Assembly: GCA_964636285.1 (NCBI GenBank)
Contig: CAZWQF010000001.1
Coordinates: 7,048-71,047, forward strand
Origin: an uncultured Candidatus Saccharibacteria bacterium
Lineage (GTDB): Bacteria > Patescibacteriota > WWE3 > UBA101185 > 2-01-FULL-41-18
DNA length: 64,000 nucleotides
Direction of reading: 5' to 3'
Shown here: piece by piece, positions 46,165 to 57,400 of the stretch
Position numbering within the stretch: the stretch's first letter is position 1
How the letters are laid out: every line of letters starts with the position of its first letter
Made by a program: the position numbers and the translations under genes
Notes under the pieces: model-generated
The model's database searches: none
Told to the model about the DNA's origin: nothing
The model's input: only the letters and a program-made list of their open reading frames with translations

Positions 46165-47292
46165 ATGAAATTTACCTGTCTCCAGGAAAATCTTGTCCGT
46201 GGGCTTTCTATTGTCAGCAAAGCAGTTGCTACAAGAGGTTCGCTTCCTGTTTTGTCTAACGTCCTTATTTCCGCGGTCGACGGTAGAGTTAAGCTTTCTT
46301 CAACAAATCTAGAAACCTCAATAACAACATGGATAGGAGCCTCTGTAGAAGAGGAGGGTGAAATAACAGTCCCATCAAAAGTTTTTCACGAATACGTTTC
46401 AAACATCCCCCCTTCGACAATAACAATTGAAGGAAGCGGAACAAATTTAAAGATCTCAAGTGACAAAGTTTCTTCAAAATTTGTAGGAATTGATGCATCT
46501 GAGTTTCCAAATATTGCAGCAGATGCAGATGAGGTTCACTTAACAATTGATCCAAAAGTTTTTGGCGACGCTGTCCTTGAAACTGCATTTGCTTCGGCAG
46601 CAGATGAGACAAGGCCGGTATTAACAGGCGTATTGTTAATTGGAAACGATGAGGGGTTGTACCTAGTTGGTGTTGATGGGTTTAGGCTTGCAGAAAGATC
46701 TGTAGCTTCAGAGTCCGGAAAAATTAAAAAAGAGTTTTCCGCAATTATTCCTGCAAAGATTCTCTTGGAGGTTGCTAGGCTTACGGCTTCGTTGAAAGAA
46801 CCACTAGAGGTGTCAGTTAACAAAGACAACACTCTTGTAGTGTTTAAGTCCGGCGACGTGGTTATTTCATCAAGGGTTATTGATGGAGATTTCCCTGCAT
46901 ACAAAGGACTTATTCCACATGTTGATACAAGAAGCGTTAAAGTTAAAATGGCCTCAAAGGATTTGGCAAGCGCCCTTAAACTTGCGAATGTATTTGCAAA
47001 AGACTCCGTAACTGTTGTGAGATTTAAGATAAGTAGTGATGACTCCGCAGTTTATATCCTTTCATCAAATTCGGAAGTAGGGGAAAACAGCGCAAAAATT
47101 GATGCTGAAGTTTCAGGTGGGGATTTGGAAATTGCATTTAATTCAAAGTACATTCTTGACGTTCTAAGTAACGTAAAATCTGACGAATTTATTTTTGAGT
47201 GTTCAGATAAAATTGGTCCTGGAGTGCCAGGGGTTTTAAGACCTTCAACTAGAGATAATCACCTTTACCTTATAATGCCCATGCAGTATTAA
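46165..47292 (+). CDS. dnaN: DNA polymerase III beta clamp
   Basis: LPVLSNV, RPVLTG, DGFRLA, AFN.KY..D and IMPM. Confidence 0.96.
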   Translation: MKFTCLQENLVRGLSIVSKAVATRGSLPVLSNVLISAVDGRVKLSSTNLETSITTWIGASVEEEGEITVPSKVFHEYVSNIPPSTITIEGSGTNLKISSDKVSSKFVGIDASEFPNIAADADEVHLTIDPKVFGDAVLETAFASAADETRPVLTGVLLIGNDEGLYLVGVDGFRLAERSVASESGKIKKEFSAIIPAKILLEVARLTASLKEPLEVSVNKDNTLVVFKSGDVVISSRVIDGDFPAYKGLIPHVDTRSVKVKMASKDLASALKLANVFAKDSVTVVRFKISSDDSAVYILSSNSEVGENSAKIDAEVSGGDLEIAFNSKYILDVLSNVKSDEFIFECSDKIGPGVPGVLRPSTRDNHLYLIMPMQY

Positions 47293-49304
47293 AAAATTGA
47301 TGAGACCCCATCGTTTGGCGCTTTTGCAACATCAGGTGTTGCAGGAGTTTGCATTTGTGCGCTTGAGACAGGCCCTGCATTTGAAGTTTGTTCTGTTGCC
47401 ACTTGAACGGGGGCTTGTGGCGCTGGTTGAGACTTTGGAATGTTGATTATTGGTTTGTACACTGCTTTTCCTAAAGTTGGCGTTGGTTCCGCTAGCGTAC
47501 CTTTTTCTCTTAACTTCAGCACATCAGTTGGCTTTGTTGTCACCAGTTTGTATTCTTCGTCAGAGGCCTCAACTTTCATTGCAACGTGATTGCTTCCTGC
47601 AAAGAACAAGCCTTCTCCAATTCCTGCGGATAATAGAAGCCTTTTTTCTCCTTCGGAAAGATAGAATACTTCTGCAAGCTTATCTATTGCAGCAGGGTGC
47701 TGTTTAAGGAGTACTTGAATGGACGAGTTTGTAATAATTGCCGTTCCATATTCGCTTGATAAAAAGTCTCCAACGTCCTGTGTAATTGTTGTAAGGCCAA
47801 GGAAATACTTTCTACATCTTTTTGCAATTCCGTAAAGGAACGTTGCCGAGTCTTTGTTCTGCATTAAGTACCAAGCCTCATCTACAAGCAAAATTCTCTT
47901 TCTTAAATCTCTCTTAATTCTTGTCCAAACAAAGTCCAGAATAATGTAAATTGCGATTGGTCTCAAAACATCTTCAAGTGATTTTGTGGAAAATACTGTA
48001 AATCTGCTTTCAAGGTCAATGTTCGATCTCTGGTCAAAAATTCCAGCAAGTGAACCTTTAATATATCTTTCAAGTCTTGACGCTAGACCTTTTGCTTCTG
48101 GCTCTTCCATTCCCAAAAGCACTTTATAAAGGTCTTCCATAATTGGAGGTTCTTTCTCTTTTTGTGTGACAGGGTCTGTGGTAATTCCCTTGATTCTGTA
48201 CGTTTCTACTAAGGCCTTATCCAAAAGAGACTCTTCAACATTTGTCAGTGTCCCGTAAATAATTTTAAAAAGCGTGTGCAGTGAAAGTATTTTTTGCCCA
48301 AGTTCGTTTTCACCTTCTACTGCAATTCCTGAAAGATCAAACGGATTAATTCTTGATGGCGAAGAGGAAGAGAACGAAATGTAGTTTCCTCCAACAGCTT
48401 CTGAGAGCCTTCTATACTCTTCTTCTGGGTCAACCACAATTATTTGTGCTCCAAAAACAAGTGATCTTAACGCTTCAAGTTTTACAAAGAACGATTTTCC
48501 AGCTCCGGCTTTTGCAAACACCACCATATTTGCGTTTTCCATTGAGAACCTATCAAAAATAATGAGCGAGCCGTTGTGCATGTTAACCCCGTACATAATG
48601 CCTTCGTTCTGAGTTAAGTCTGACGAGGTGAAGGGGAAAGTTGTAGCAAGGCTTGTTGTATCCATGTTTCTTGTAATCAAAAGTTTGTCTAGGCACAGCG
48701 GAATTGTAGATTGAAAAGCCTGCTCCATTTGAAGCGATGCTACTTTTGAGATTAAAAGAAGTGCTCCAAGAGTGGACTCAACTTTTTTTGTAATGTTGTT
48801 AAGTTCTTCAAGGCTGTCCGCCGGAATTGTTATATAAAATGAAAACTGGAAGAACCTCTCAATTCCTTTAACAAGCTGTTCCTGAAGTGACTGAGCGTCT
48901 TCAAGGGCTGCTCTAACTGCTGGGTCTACAACTTTTCCTCTTTCGGAATCTGTTTTTACCGTTGCTTCCATTTCCGCAATTTTTCTTCTGAGATCATCGA
49001 GAATACCTTTAGATTGCACTGGGTAGCAAAACATTGAAATATCAAGCGTGTGGTCAAAGTTGATGAGGGGAGATAGCCAGTTAGCTCCTACAAATCTTGG
49101 ATACCCTGACACAAACAAAGTTCTATAATACGAGTTTCCAATCCTAATATGAGTGAAGTCCACCTCAATACCTGAGGGCGCAATAATGTCTTTAACCGAA
49201 ACCATGCCTTGCGCAATTGTCTGCGCAGCTTTTTCAGCAGACTTATTCTGTGCGCTTGTTGTTTTTGCTTTATCCGATTTATCAAAAAGTTTAAAAATAT
49301 CCAT
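47289..49304 (-). CDS. virB4: VirB4/ConE-like T4SS ATPase
   Basis: AKAGAGKS Walker A, DPEEEY, INPFD, VDEAW and TQD; start moved to 49304. Confidence 0.88.
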   Translation of the reverse strand: MDIFKLFDKSDKAKTTSAQNKSAEKAAQTIAQGMVSVKDIIAPSGIEVDFTHIRIGNSYYRTLFVSGYPRFVGANWLSPLINFDHTLDISMFCYPVQSKGILDDLRRKIAEMEATVKTDSERGKVVDPAVRAALEDAQSLQEQLVKGIERFFQFSFYITIPADSLEELNNITKKVESTLGALLLISKVASLQMEQAFQSTIPLCLDKLLITRNMDTTSLATTFPFTSSDLTQNEGIMYGVNMHNGSLIIFDRFSMENANMVVFAKAGAGKSFFVKLEALRSLVFGAQIIVVDPEEEYRRLSEAVGGNYISFSSSSPSRINPFDLSGIAVEGENELGQKILSLHTLFKIIYGTLTNVEESLLDKALVETYRIKGITTDPVTQKEKEPPIMEDLYKVLLGMEEPEAKGLASRLERYIKGSLAGIFDQRSNIDLESRFTVFSTKSLEDVLRPIAIYIILDFVWTRIKRDLRKRILLVDEAWYLMQNKDSATFLYGIAKRCRKYFLGLTTITQDVGDFLSSEYGTAIITNSSIQVLLKQHPAAIDKLAEVFYLSEGEKRLLLSAGIGEGLFFAGSNHVAMKVEASDEEYKLVTTKPTDVLKLREKGTLAEPTPTLGKAVYKPIINIPKSQPAPQAPVQVATEQTSNAGPVSSAQMQTPATPDVAKAPNDGVSSIF

Positions 49305-49305
49305 A

Positions 49306-50007
49306 TTATTCCTCAATAATTGCGGGTTCCACAATTGGAACTCCATAATCTTCAATTCCTGTTCTAATTCTCTGGTCATGAAGTGAGATTGGGTTGTACA
49401 CGTCAAAGAATAGCTCTACAAGCTCCTGTGTGGTCAGCTGTTTAGCTTTTATATTTAATCTAGCAAAGTCTCTGACTATTGAATCCCTCTTTGGGTACAG
49501 CTCAGTTTCTGCTGTCTTGATCGAACTGGGTACATCCACTTTAACTCTCTTTACTTTATTTCCCGAAAGAGTTTTTAAAAAGTCCAATGGCCCTCCATTA
49601 GGTGCAGCCATGATCATACCTGTTCCTGAAGGAATTGCTACGTAAAAGCTTTTGTCTAAAACTTCGTTCTTTTTAATAAGCTCCTGAACAAATTTTCTGT
49701 AAGCCTCTGCTTGAACTCTAAGAAGGGGATCCCTGATTTTATTTTCGATTGCTTGAACTTTATCTATATAGCTTGAAATATCAAGTTTCTTGCTCCTCAC
49801 TACAATTTGGATTGGATAAGTAAGCGAATTTAGTAACGAAGAGTACGCAGCAATAATTGCATCTTGTTCTACTTCGGATAAAAGGTCAAAGTTTACAGCG
49901 TTTGTTTTAAGTACAAGAACACAAGCCCCAGTTTTAAGAACAACTAGGTCTCTTGAAACTGTCTCAATCTCTAAATGATCTTGTGTGCTTTGTATAACTG
50001 CTGACAT
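49306..50007 (-). CDS. VirB4-associated T4SS protein (resembles the VirB4 N-terminal region)
   Basis: VNFDLLSE.EQDAII..Y...LNSL.YPIQI motif; adjacent to virB4. Confidence 0.65.
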   Translation of the reverse strand: MSAVIQSTQDHLEIETVSRDLVVLKTGACVLVLKTNAVNFDLLSEVEQDAIIAAYSSLLNSLTYPIQIVVRSKKLDISSYIDKVQAIENKIRDPLLRVQAEAYRKFVQELIKKNEVLDKSFYVAIPSGTGMIMAAPNGGPLDFLKTLSGNKVKRVKVDVPSSIKTAETELYPKRDSIVRDFARLNIKAKQLTTQELVELFFDVYNPISLHDQRIRTGIEDYGVPIVEPAIIEE

Positions 50008-50013
50008 ATTTGA

Positions 50014-52170
50014 TTAAAGTTTACCAATAAACTCTACTGGTGGTAATACCTCTCCTTTCACTTCAACACTTGCGGGCTCAAAAGTTTGTGGTATGTCCTC
50101 ATTCGGTTTTGTAACCTCAATTTTATACCTGCCGTTAGTAACCGGCGTTGTGATGCAGAATTGCCCAAGTTTGTTTGTTTTGAGTGCTCTTACCACATCC
50201 TCTTTTGAGTCTTTAATTATAACAACTGCACCTTCAACTAGCTTACCTTCTTTATCTTTCACTATTCCGTTGATCAGATTTGGTTGATTTGCAAACGAAG
50301 GGGCTTGAGCAAAATTTGCCGGTTTAGCCTCTATTGGCGCCTCTTTTATTGGTGGCGGGACTACCGGTTTTAAAATTACGGGCTGTGGTGTTTGCTCAGG
50401 TGCCTTTACTGATGCTGGGTCTGGTGTTGTTTCTGGTAGGTTTAATGGTTCAATCACAATCCCCTGATTTTTTGGTGGTTCTGGTGCTTTTTGTATTGGC
50501 TGTGGGATATCATACGTTTGCTTTTGTGTTTGCACCGTCTGATAAAGCCTCTGTTGAAGCTCGTTTATTTTTTGTTGCAGAGCAGAGATTTGAGTGTCTG
50601 CAACTTTCTTTTCATTCTGAAGTCTTAATAGCTCCATCTCAAATTTTTGCTTGTCGGCGGCACTGGAGTCCTGCATTTTTCTTTTGAGCTCTTCGATTTC
50701 TTTTGATAAATTATCGTTTGAGCTTTTTAGCTGGTTTGCTGCAGATTGGACTTCTTTTTTTGTTGCTTCTGTTTGAGTTGGTGTTTGAGATTTTAGATCT
50801 AGTTTGGCTCCAAGCTTAGCTTGCTGTACTCCTGCCTCTTTTTTAATTCGGTCAATAAGACCCATTAAATCTTTAGTCTTTTTTTCAAGATCTGAGTCAA
50901 ACTTTTGCTCTTCATTGACAGTGTTTAGGACTCTTTCGCCTCGAATGGGGAGAACCAGTTCACCTTGCTCTGCTGTCAGGTGTGTGAACCGCCTACCCGT
51001 TAGTCTGTCCGGAGTGATTGAGTTGTATGGTGTGTAAGTAATCTTTGGTTTACGGACGTTATCATTCACTCTGAATGCATTTGAGACTGCCGTTGGGGTT
51101 AGCTGAGTTTGGGATTTGAATTCTGGTTTTGGAGATTCTTTTGGCAAAATCTGAGGTTTTAGTTCAGGCTTTGAGGTTGCGGTCTGCTGAATTTGAGCCT
51201 GCACCTGAGGCTGTGTCCTAATTGGTTGCTGAGTCTGTGCTTGGGCAGGGGTGGGTTGCGCACTTACAGGGCTTGGAGTAGGCACGCTACTTTGCGTTTG
51301 TGTTGTTGCGGTTGGCTTTGGCATTGCGGGCTCCTTGCTAGCCATAGGTGGTTGCGATTGGGTTTGCTCTGCCAACTTTGGTTTAGGCTCCTGTAATTGA
51401 GGTTTTATTTCAGGTTTAACTTGAGGCGCTGGAGTTTGTGCTGGTGTTGTCTCCATTGCGTTTTCCTCTATGCCTTGAGGCTTGTTTTCTTGAAAGTTTT
51501 TGTTTATGGAGGGCTCTGTTCGAATTGGAGGTAGGCTTGTATCTTGAGCTAATGGGGTTGATGCAACGGGGGTATCAATAACAGATGTTTGCTGAGACTG
51601 GAACGAATGGTAAGGCTTAAAAAGCGTTGCCTGTTTTGTTGAAGCTTGAGCCTGGGTTGTAGTTGTACCCTCAAACGAGTCCCTGACTTTTTGTATGTAT
51701 TCGGCTTCTCTTTGTTCCATTGGGTCAAGAATGTGGTCGGTGACTTCTCTTTCAAGGTATTGTTCCAGTTTTCTTCGGCTTGCTGTTGGGGCAACAGCAA
51801 GCATTTCGTTTTTCAATTGATTTGCATTTTGGTATAGAAAATAGCTTGGAGGCTCAACCTCTTTTTTCCAGATTCGCTGAGTGGGGGAGTAAATGGCCAA
51901 AAAAAAGTTAACTACCCAAATGTCCATGCTTCTGTCTTGAATTGGGAGAAAGGCTACGGCAAGAGCAAGGCCAGCTACGCAGAGGGCTAGAGGGATGGCG
52001 ATGAACTTTGGAAGGCCTGAGGCAAAGGTTCCAAAAGCAAAAACAGCGCCTAGGACAAGATAGGCAAACTGTCTCATGGTCAGCTCTCCAATGACTTTAA
52101 ATTCCACCTGCATTATATTCTGTGGAACTGCATGTTGTTTCACACCTAGTGATACTTCAGAAATGGGCAT
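50014..52170 (-). CDS. PrgI/VirB3-family protein with P/Q-rich linker, coiled coil and C-terminal beta-sandwich
   Basis: VPQNI..VEFKVIG.LT.RQF, two TMs, C-terminal GIVKD..G..V.GA.V. Confidence 0.8.
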   Translation of the reverse strand: MPISEVSLGVKQHAVPQNIMQVEFKVIGELTMRQFAYLVLGAVFAFGTFASGLPKFIAIPLALCVAGLALAVAFLPIQDRSMDIWVVNFFLAIYSPTQRIWKKEVEPPSYFLYQNANQLKNEMLAVAPTASRRKLEQYLEREVTDHILDPMEQREAEYIQKVRDSFEGTTTTQAQASTKQATLFKPYHSFQSQQTSVIDTPVASTPLAQDTSLPPIRTEPSINKNFQENKPQGIEENAMETTPAQTPAPQVKPEIKPQLQEPKPKLAEQTQSQPPMASKEPAMPKPTATTQTQSSVPTPSPVSAQPTPAQAQTQQPIRTQPQVQAQIQQTATSKPELKPQILPKESPKPEFKSQTQLTPTAVSNAFRVNDNVRKPKITYTPYNSITPDRLTGRRFTHLTAEQGELVLPIRGERVLNTVNEEQKFDSDLEKKTKDLMGLIDRIKKEAGVQQAKLGAKLDLKSQTPTQTEATKKEVQSAANQLKSSNDNLSKEIEELKRKMQDSSAADKQKFEMELLRLQNEKKVADTQISALQQKINELQQRLYQTVQTQKQTYDIPQPIQKAPEPPKNQGIVIEPLNLPETTPDPASVKAPEQTPQPVILKPVVPPPIKEAPIEAKPANFAQAPSFANQPNLINGIVKDKEGKLVEGAVVIIKDSKEDVVRALKTNKLGQFCITTPVTNGRYKIEVTKPNEDIPQTFEPASVEVKGEVLPPVEFIGKL

Positions 52171-52428
52171 GGTATACCTCCCATTATAACTTGGTCAGGG
52201 TGGTTTTAGGAACTAACAAATGTTTTTAGGCTTGAGATGCAAAAATTGCTGTTTAGCCAAAAAAATTTATAGCCATGCCAAAACCTGTAATTATCAATAC
52301 GGCACTAATTTACAGCGAAACAGAGGATTCTACAGCTTTACGCTTGAGAAATCAAGCAACCTATAGTATAATATGCGTAACAAAAAACATTTATCTATTC
52401 ATGATACCTACAAAAGGAGGGGTACATC

Positions 52429-52917
52429 ATGAAAAGTATTTGGAACTTCATCAAGGCCATTCCCGGGAGGATCGTGCACCTAAGCGCAATTGCGGTCATC
52501 GCGATCTCGCTGAACGCAGCACGTCCACTGGTCCCATTTTTCATGAGCCAGCCCCACTGGGCTATCATGATCGGTGGGGCGCTTGCGTTCTTCGCGGGAT
52601 GGACGTTACGTTCCGCATCTATGGGTAACCTCTCCGGCAGGACGCTTGGAGTGGTTTCGGGAGTTTTGATCACGGGGTTCGCCCTTGGTTACAATTTCCC
52701 AAACATCCCTAAAGTACAAGGTGTTGGTGATTTGATCATCGCTACCGGGAGGTTTTTCCAAGCAATTCCGATGGCTGCTTGGAACTCCCTGGGTCTGATG
52801 CACCTAGACCCAATCTCCCTGCCGATCGACCCCGATTACCCCTTGAGGGACGCTATGACGGCGTTTCTATTCATTGCGTCAGGGGTGTTTGGGTCGTACG
52901 GGAGGAAAGGGGCCTAG
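52429..52917 (+). CDS. GC-richer orphan multi-TM protein
   Basis: TTGAGA-17-TATAAT promoter, AAGGAGG SD, hydrophobic helices, downstream hairpin. Confidence 0.7.
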   Translation: MKSIWNFIKAIPGRIVHLSAIAVIAISLNAARPLVPFFMSQPHWAIMIGGALAFFAGWTLRSASMGNLSGRTLGVVSGVLITGFALGYNFPNIPKVQGVGDLIIATGRFFQAIPMAAWNSLGLMHLDPISLPIDPDYPLRDAMTAFLFIASGVFGSYGRKGA

Positions 52918-52925
52918 GCAAAATA

Positions 52926-52986
52926 AGGCGGGTTGGACGAAGATACTAGTTGTGTTTACACAGCCAAGTCTTTGTCCAGCCCGCCT
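52926..52986 (+). terminator. Long hairpin AGGCGGGTTGGAC...GTCCAGCCCGCCT
   Basis: Extended inverted repeat after the stop at 52917. Confidence 0.7.
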
Positions 52987-53006
52987 ATTCGTTTCTAAGG
53001 TTTAAT

Positions 53007-54329
53007 TTATTTTTTCTTTGGCCCTTTTAATGCCTGATCAATCATTCCAGGTGCTTTTATTGCAAGACCGCCCATAATTAAAGTTATTGAAGGGCCTACA
53101 AAAGCTCTCATAGGTACGCTAACTAAGAGATTTGCTCCAGGGACCGTTGTACTTCCTGACCAGTCTGTACCTAAAGTTATTGCAGCTCCAAGCATTAAGC
53201 AGAAGAAAATTGACGCAAGGGCTAGTGATGATGAAAGTTGAGTAATAAACCAATCCTTTATTCTGCTTTCTTGGCCTGGTAGGGCTCCAATAGCAAAAAT
53301 GAGTGGTGCAAAAATGGTATACAGAACTATCTTGCACCAGTTAAATATAAAAACAAATAAAGAGATAATCAAAACTGCTAGGTAGACTATAACTGCAATA
53401 AGTAGAATAACTAGCCCCCCTAAGTCCGCCCAGATGCTGTTGTTTTCGCCAGCTTCCATTAAAGATCTAGTAAGAAATTCTGCATAACAGGTTGCATAGC
53501 TAGTGATATTTTGAATTGTGCTGGCACCAATCAAAGTTGGACATTGGGTTGATATGAACCCACCGCCACTAGTGAATGTATCCGGATTGATAGCATAAAG
53601 ACCTGCTTTTGTAGCAGGAATAATAAGCTGGGCAAACATGCTTCCTAATGGATATGAGAATGCAATTAGTACAGCACTAATTGCAATTCTTGGAACAGCC
53701 ATTTGTGCTGTCACTACAGTTTGAGCATCTATTTTTTGTCTTAAAACTATCATGATAGCTATGGCCATTACAAAAACCGCTAACATTCCATATGCAATGT
53801 TTCTAATCCCTCTCCATGCCCCCAGCACTGCTGCATACTGATTCAATGACCCTTCCTGAGCATATGCACTTCTAAAAACAATGGATTCCTCAGACGCGTT
53901 GTTAATAAAATACGCTAGATTTATGGGAGGAGGCGCCTCTGAAAAACCGTCAAAAGCTTGAGCAGTAAAGGCCATGAGGCTTCCATTTCTTCTGAGGTTC
54001 AGATTTGCCGATTCGGATCCTAAATGGAGCATTCTCAAAGAGCAAGAATCCCTATTCAAGAAGATTACATCAATTAACGCGTCGCTAGTGCAACCTATCA
54101 GGCCATATAATGGGGCATCAATACCCATTGCTGTGATCATTGACATTGTAGTGGACCTGATTGAAGTTTCCTCCTCAAAGAATTCTGAGATTCCCCTAAA
54201 TACATTTGTTGAAATTGAAAATCCATTATCTGCATTGGCAACTCTATAAGTTCCAACTACAAAAGTTATTACCGCAAGAAAAATAATCAAATATTTAATG
54301 TTTTTAAGTGTTTTTGCTTTACCTAACAT
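53007..54329 (-). CDS. VirB6/TrbL-like polytopic membrane protein
   Basis: W...RNIAY, IFAPLIFAIGALPG...W motif, many TMs, T4SS context. Confidence 0.65.
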   Translation of the reverse strand: MLGKAKTLKNIKYLIIFLAVITFVVGTYRVANADNGFSISTNVFRGISEFFEEETSIRSTTMSMITAMGIDAPLYGLIGCTSDALIDVIFLNRDSCSLRMLHLGSESANLNLRRNGSLMAFTAQAFDGFSEAPPPINLAYFINNASEESIVFRSAYAQEGSLNQYAAVLGAWRGIRNIAYGMLAVFVMAIAIMIVLRQKIDAQTVVTAQMAVPRIAISAVLIAFSYPLGSMFAQLIIPATKAGLYAINPDTFTSGGGFISTQCPTLIGASTIQNITSYATCYAEFLTRSLMEAGENNSIWADLGGLVILLIAVIVYLAVLIISLFVFIFNWCKIVLYTIFAPLIFAIGALPGQESRIKDWFITQLSSSLALASIFFCLMLGAAITLGTDWSGSTTVPGANLLVSVPMRAFVGPSITLIMGGLAIKAPGMIDQALKGPKKK

Positions 54330-54412
54330 ATAAAAAATATACAGCTGTGTGTAAATTATAGCAAGTATCTGTTACTATTAAGTTAATTGTAGGTCTATAA
54401 TAACATAATACT

Positions 54413-57400
54413 ATGGCACCAATATTTAAAGCGGGGTATTACCCTGGAGATAAGCCAATAAGAAAAAACCCCATCCAGCCTGTTGAAAACCTAGACCCTT
54501 TTATGGAAGCAGCTATTAATGCTATTTCATTCGATCGGGATGCATTAGGGCTTCCTAATCGAATGGCAACTCTTCTTGAAAAGGACTATAGAAATGGGTT
54601 TGCCATTAGGTATGGTATCAGGGATCAGAATTATGTAGATGACAATATTAACAGAAGCATTAACGCAGGGCTTGCTGGAAGCGACCTTTCAATTGAGGAG
54701 GAATATAATGAGCTTCCAGGCGTTAGAGGGGCAAAGATTAACTTAGATCCAGAAACTATTGCAAAAGTTGGAGCTGGCGGTGTTGTCTCAAATACATTTA
54801 AAAGCATGCTTGATGCAGGATTTGCATTCAAGGACTTTTCGCTCAAGGCAGAGCTATATGGATTATGGGATCCGCTCTTAAACCCAGGAGTCTCATCCGA
54901 TTCTGTTCGGGCTGGTATGAGCCTGTCCTCTAGTGATTACATAAAAAGGTATCAGCCTGGAGTGACAGGTAAAATTTTGACACAACGTGATTTTTCAAAT
55001 GTAGATTCCCTAAATTCATCAATACGAGCGTATGTGCTCTCAAGCGGATCGGCCGTGGAGGAGCAGGCGTCTTTTACACAGGTAAAATATTTTTATTTTC
55101 AGTCTTTTAGGCAGGCATTTGAAAATAGTCCAGAAATTGCAAATATTGATGCCGATATTTTAACTTCAGATGCAAAATCTAGGCAATACGTTACTGATAT
55201 TTCAACTCTTACATCAACACTAGCAACAACGTCCGATCCTGCTACAAGGGCTGTATTATCACAACAGCTTGTACAAGCACAGGCTAATTTGGCAGGAGAG
55301 CAGTCAAAAGCGGCTAATTTACAATCTCTGAAGGCAGAGGCTGATGATTTAAAGCAGCTCTTTAGTGGAGTTAGAACTCCTGAAGACTTAGTCAAAGACG
55401 CAAGGAAACAGAATCCAAAGGCTGGATTTAATATAAAAAAACTAAGGGCTAACGAGAGAAGGTTGATGGATAACTTTTGGAAGGCTTCGGTTCATGGAAA
55501 AAATACCTCCATTACAAGAATGGCTGGAATCATGGGAGATAGGCGGCTTATTGCATGGAGCAGACTTATAGATTATAGAGAACGCGTTTCGGAAACCAGT
55601 GAGGTTATAGATGCAATTGCAAAAGGTGAGTTTTTTCAGCAATTTATTTGGAAAAAGTATGTCCTAAAAAGATTACCTTGGATAACACCAACATACGCAT
55701 TCTCAAAATTTTTTACAAACCCGGGAGACTTCTTTTGGAGAGCCTTTGTTAATGGGAAAATACCGTTGCCATTTACTGAGGCAACACTTCCTTTTTTTAA
55801 AATTCCATTTGTAACAGGGTTGTTTAATAGGTTTGGTGCGCTCGCTGACAGGCTTGTTGGGTGGGTGTCAGATCTTATAGTTAAAAGATTTGCTAAGGTA
55901 ATCAATTTGTTTGGTGGCAATGTTATTAAATCAGCTTTTAGTAAGATAAGTGGTTGGTTATATGGTGTTGGGGCAGGTTCTGGGGTTGGTTTACCCGCGG
56001 TTGTTGTTGCGGCTATAACCCAATATTTAGGAGAAAAAATTTTTGGTTTATTTAAATCCATATTTGATGGCGACTTTTTTGAGTACTTGGAGAAGCTTCA
56101 AGCAGAGGCTGCCCGGTTGGTCAGATTTTTATTTGGAGTAGTGCTACTGCTCATCAGTTCTTGCCTAGTCTTTGTTACAATTGCTACTTCAATCCTATTC
56201 CTTCCTTTTTCAGGAATGATGGTTCAGGACTATGGGTCAGGAGGAGGGGTAGAAGAGACTGACGTTGATTGTCCATTCGTAGATGAAAGCGAGCTTCCAA
56301 GAGATGCTAATGGCGTGAGACTTGATAATGTTAAGCCTCTTGAAGATATGATAAACGCATTAACAAATACATATGCTAATCCTAAGAGATCTCCCATGGG
56401 TGTAGGTACAGCTAACGAAGACAATATAAGGAAATGCTATGGCTACATTATTGCAAGGGCACTGCAGACGGCGAATGATCCTGCTATTGCTTTGGCTATT
56501 TGGATTGAAGAGACGGGTGCAAGCAATTATGAAGTTTATAACTTCCCCATTGATGATTTTGGATGCGGTAGGCCCATAGAATCCAATAACTTTATGGATC
56601 AACTTGAATGTTTCTTAAGATTACAAACTGCATATGCTACAAAACCAAGCCATGCAGAGTGTAGAGCTACAGAACCTTCAAATACCGAGCTTATTGTGCA
56701 TGAGTGGGGGCAGATATTTGCTTGTGGTGATTTAGCGTGTAGAGAGGGTAGGGCATATGATTTTTCTTGCTTGGCTGTGTGCGGTACCAATAAGACAGCC
56801 CCAGAATGTATAGACGGCACGTTGTGGTTTGATAATGTAAACACAATTTATTCGGCTGTATCAATTGGGGACAAAACTTTGGATTTAGATTGTATTTTAA
56901 CGGGCTCTACAATAAGATGGGATGACACTTGTAAACAGGGCTCAAGAATTAATGTTGATATACGAGGGGTGACAGGATTACTTGGACAAAACCTGCCTAA
57001 CTTTTTTAGGCGAATAGGGTATAAGGAAGTAATTTCTGATTATGATGACTACATTATACAGTGCTACGAAACCAGAGTAACTTATAACACAGGTTGTCCT
57101 CTTGCCTCCGGTAATTATCTGCATTGTGGTTTGGATTTAGTTGGAGATACTGTGGATGGAATTTATTCGGTGGAGGGTAAGGATGTTCGATCTCCATATC
57201 GTGGGACTGCCGTAGTGGATACTGTAGGTTATGATGCCGCAGGGTATGGAAATTATGTTGTCCTTGAGATTTCTGGTGATGGGGGAGATGATGACTCCAA
57301 TGAGGACTTCTTATATATTTTAGTTGGGCATTTAATAGATGGTTCTATAGGGGTATCCGTTGGAGAGCAGGTGGCATATAATGATTTTATCGGTCGAGTA

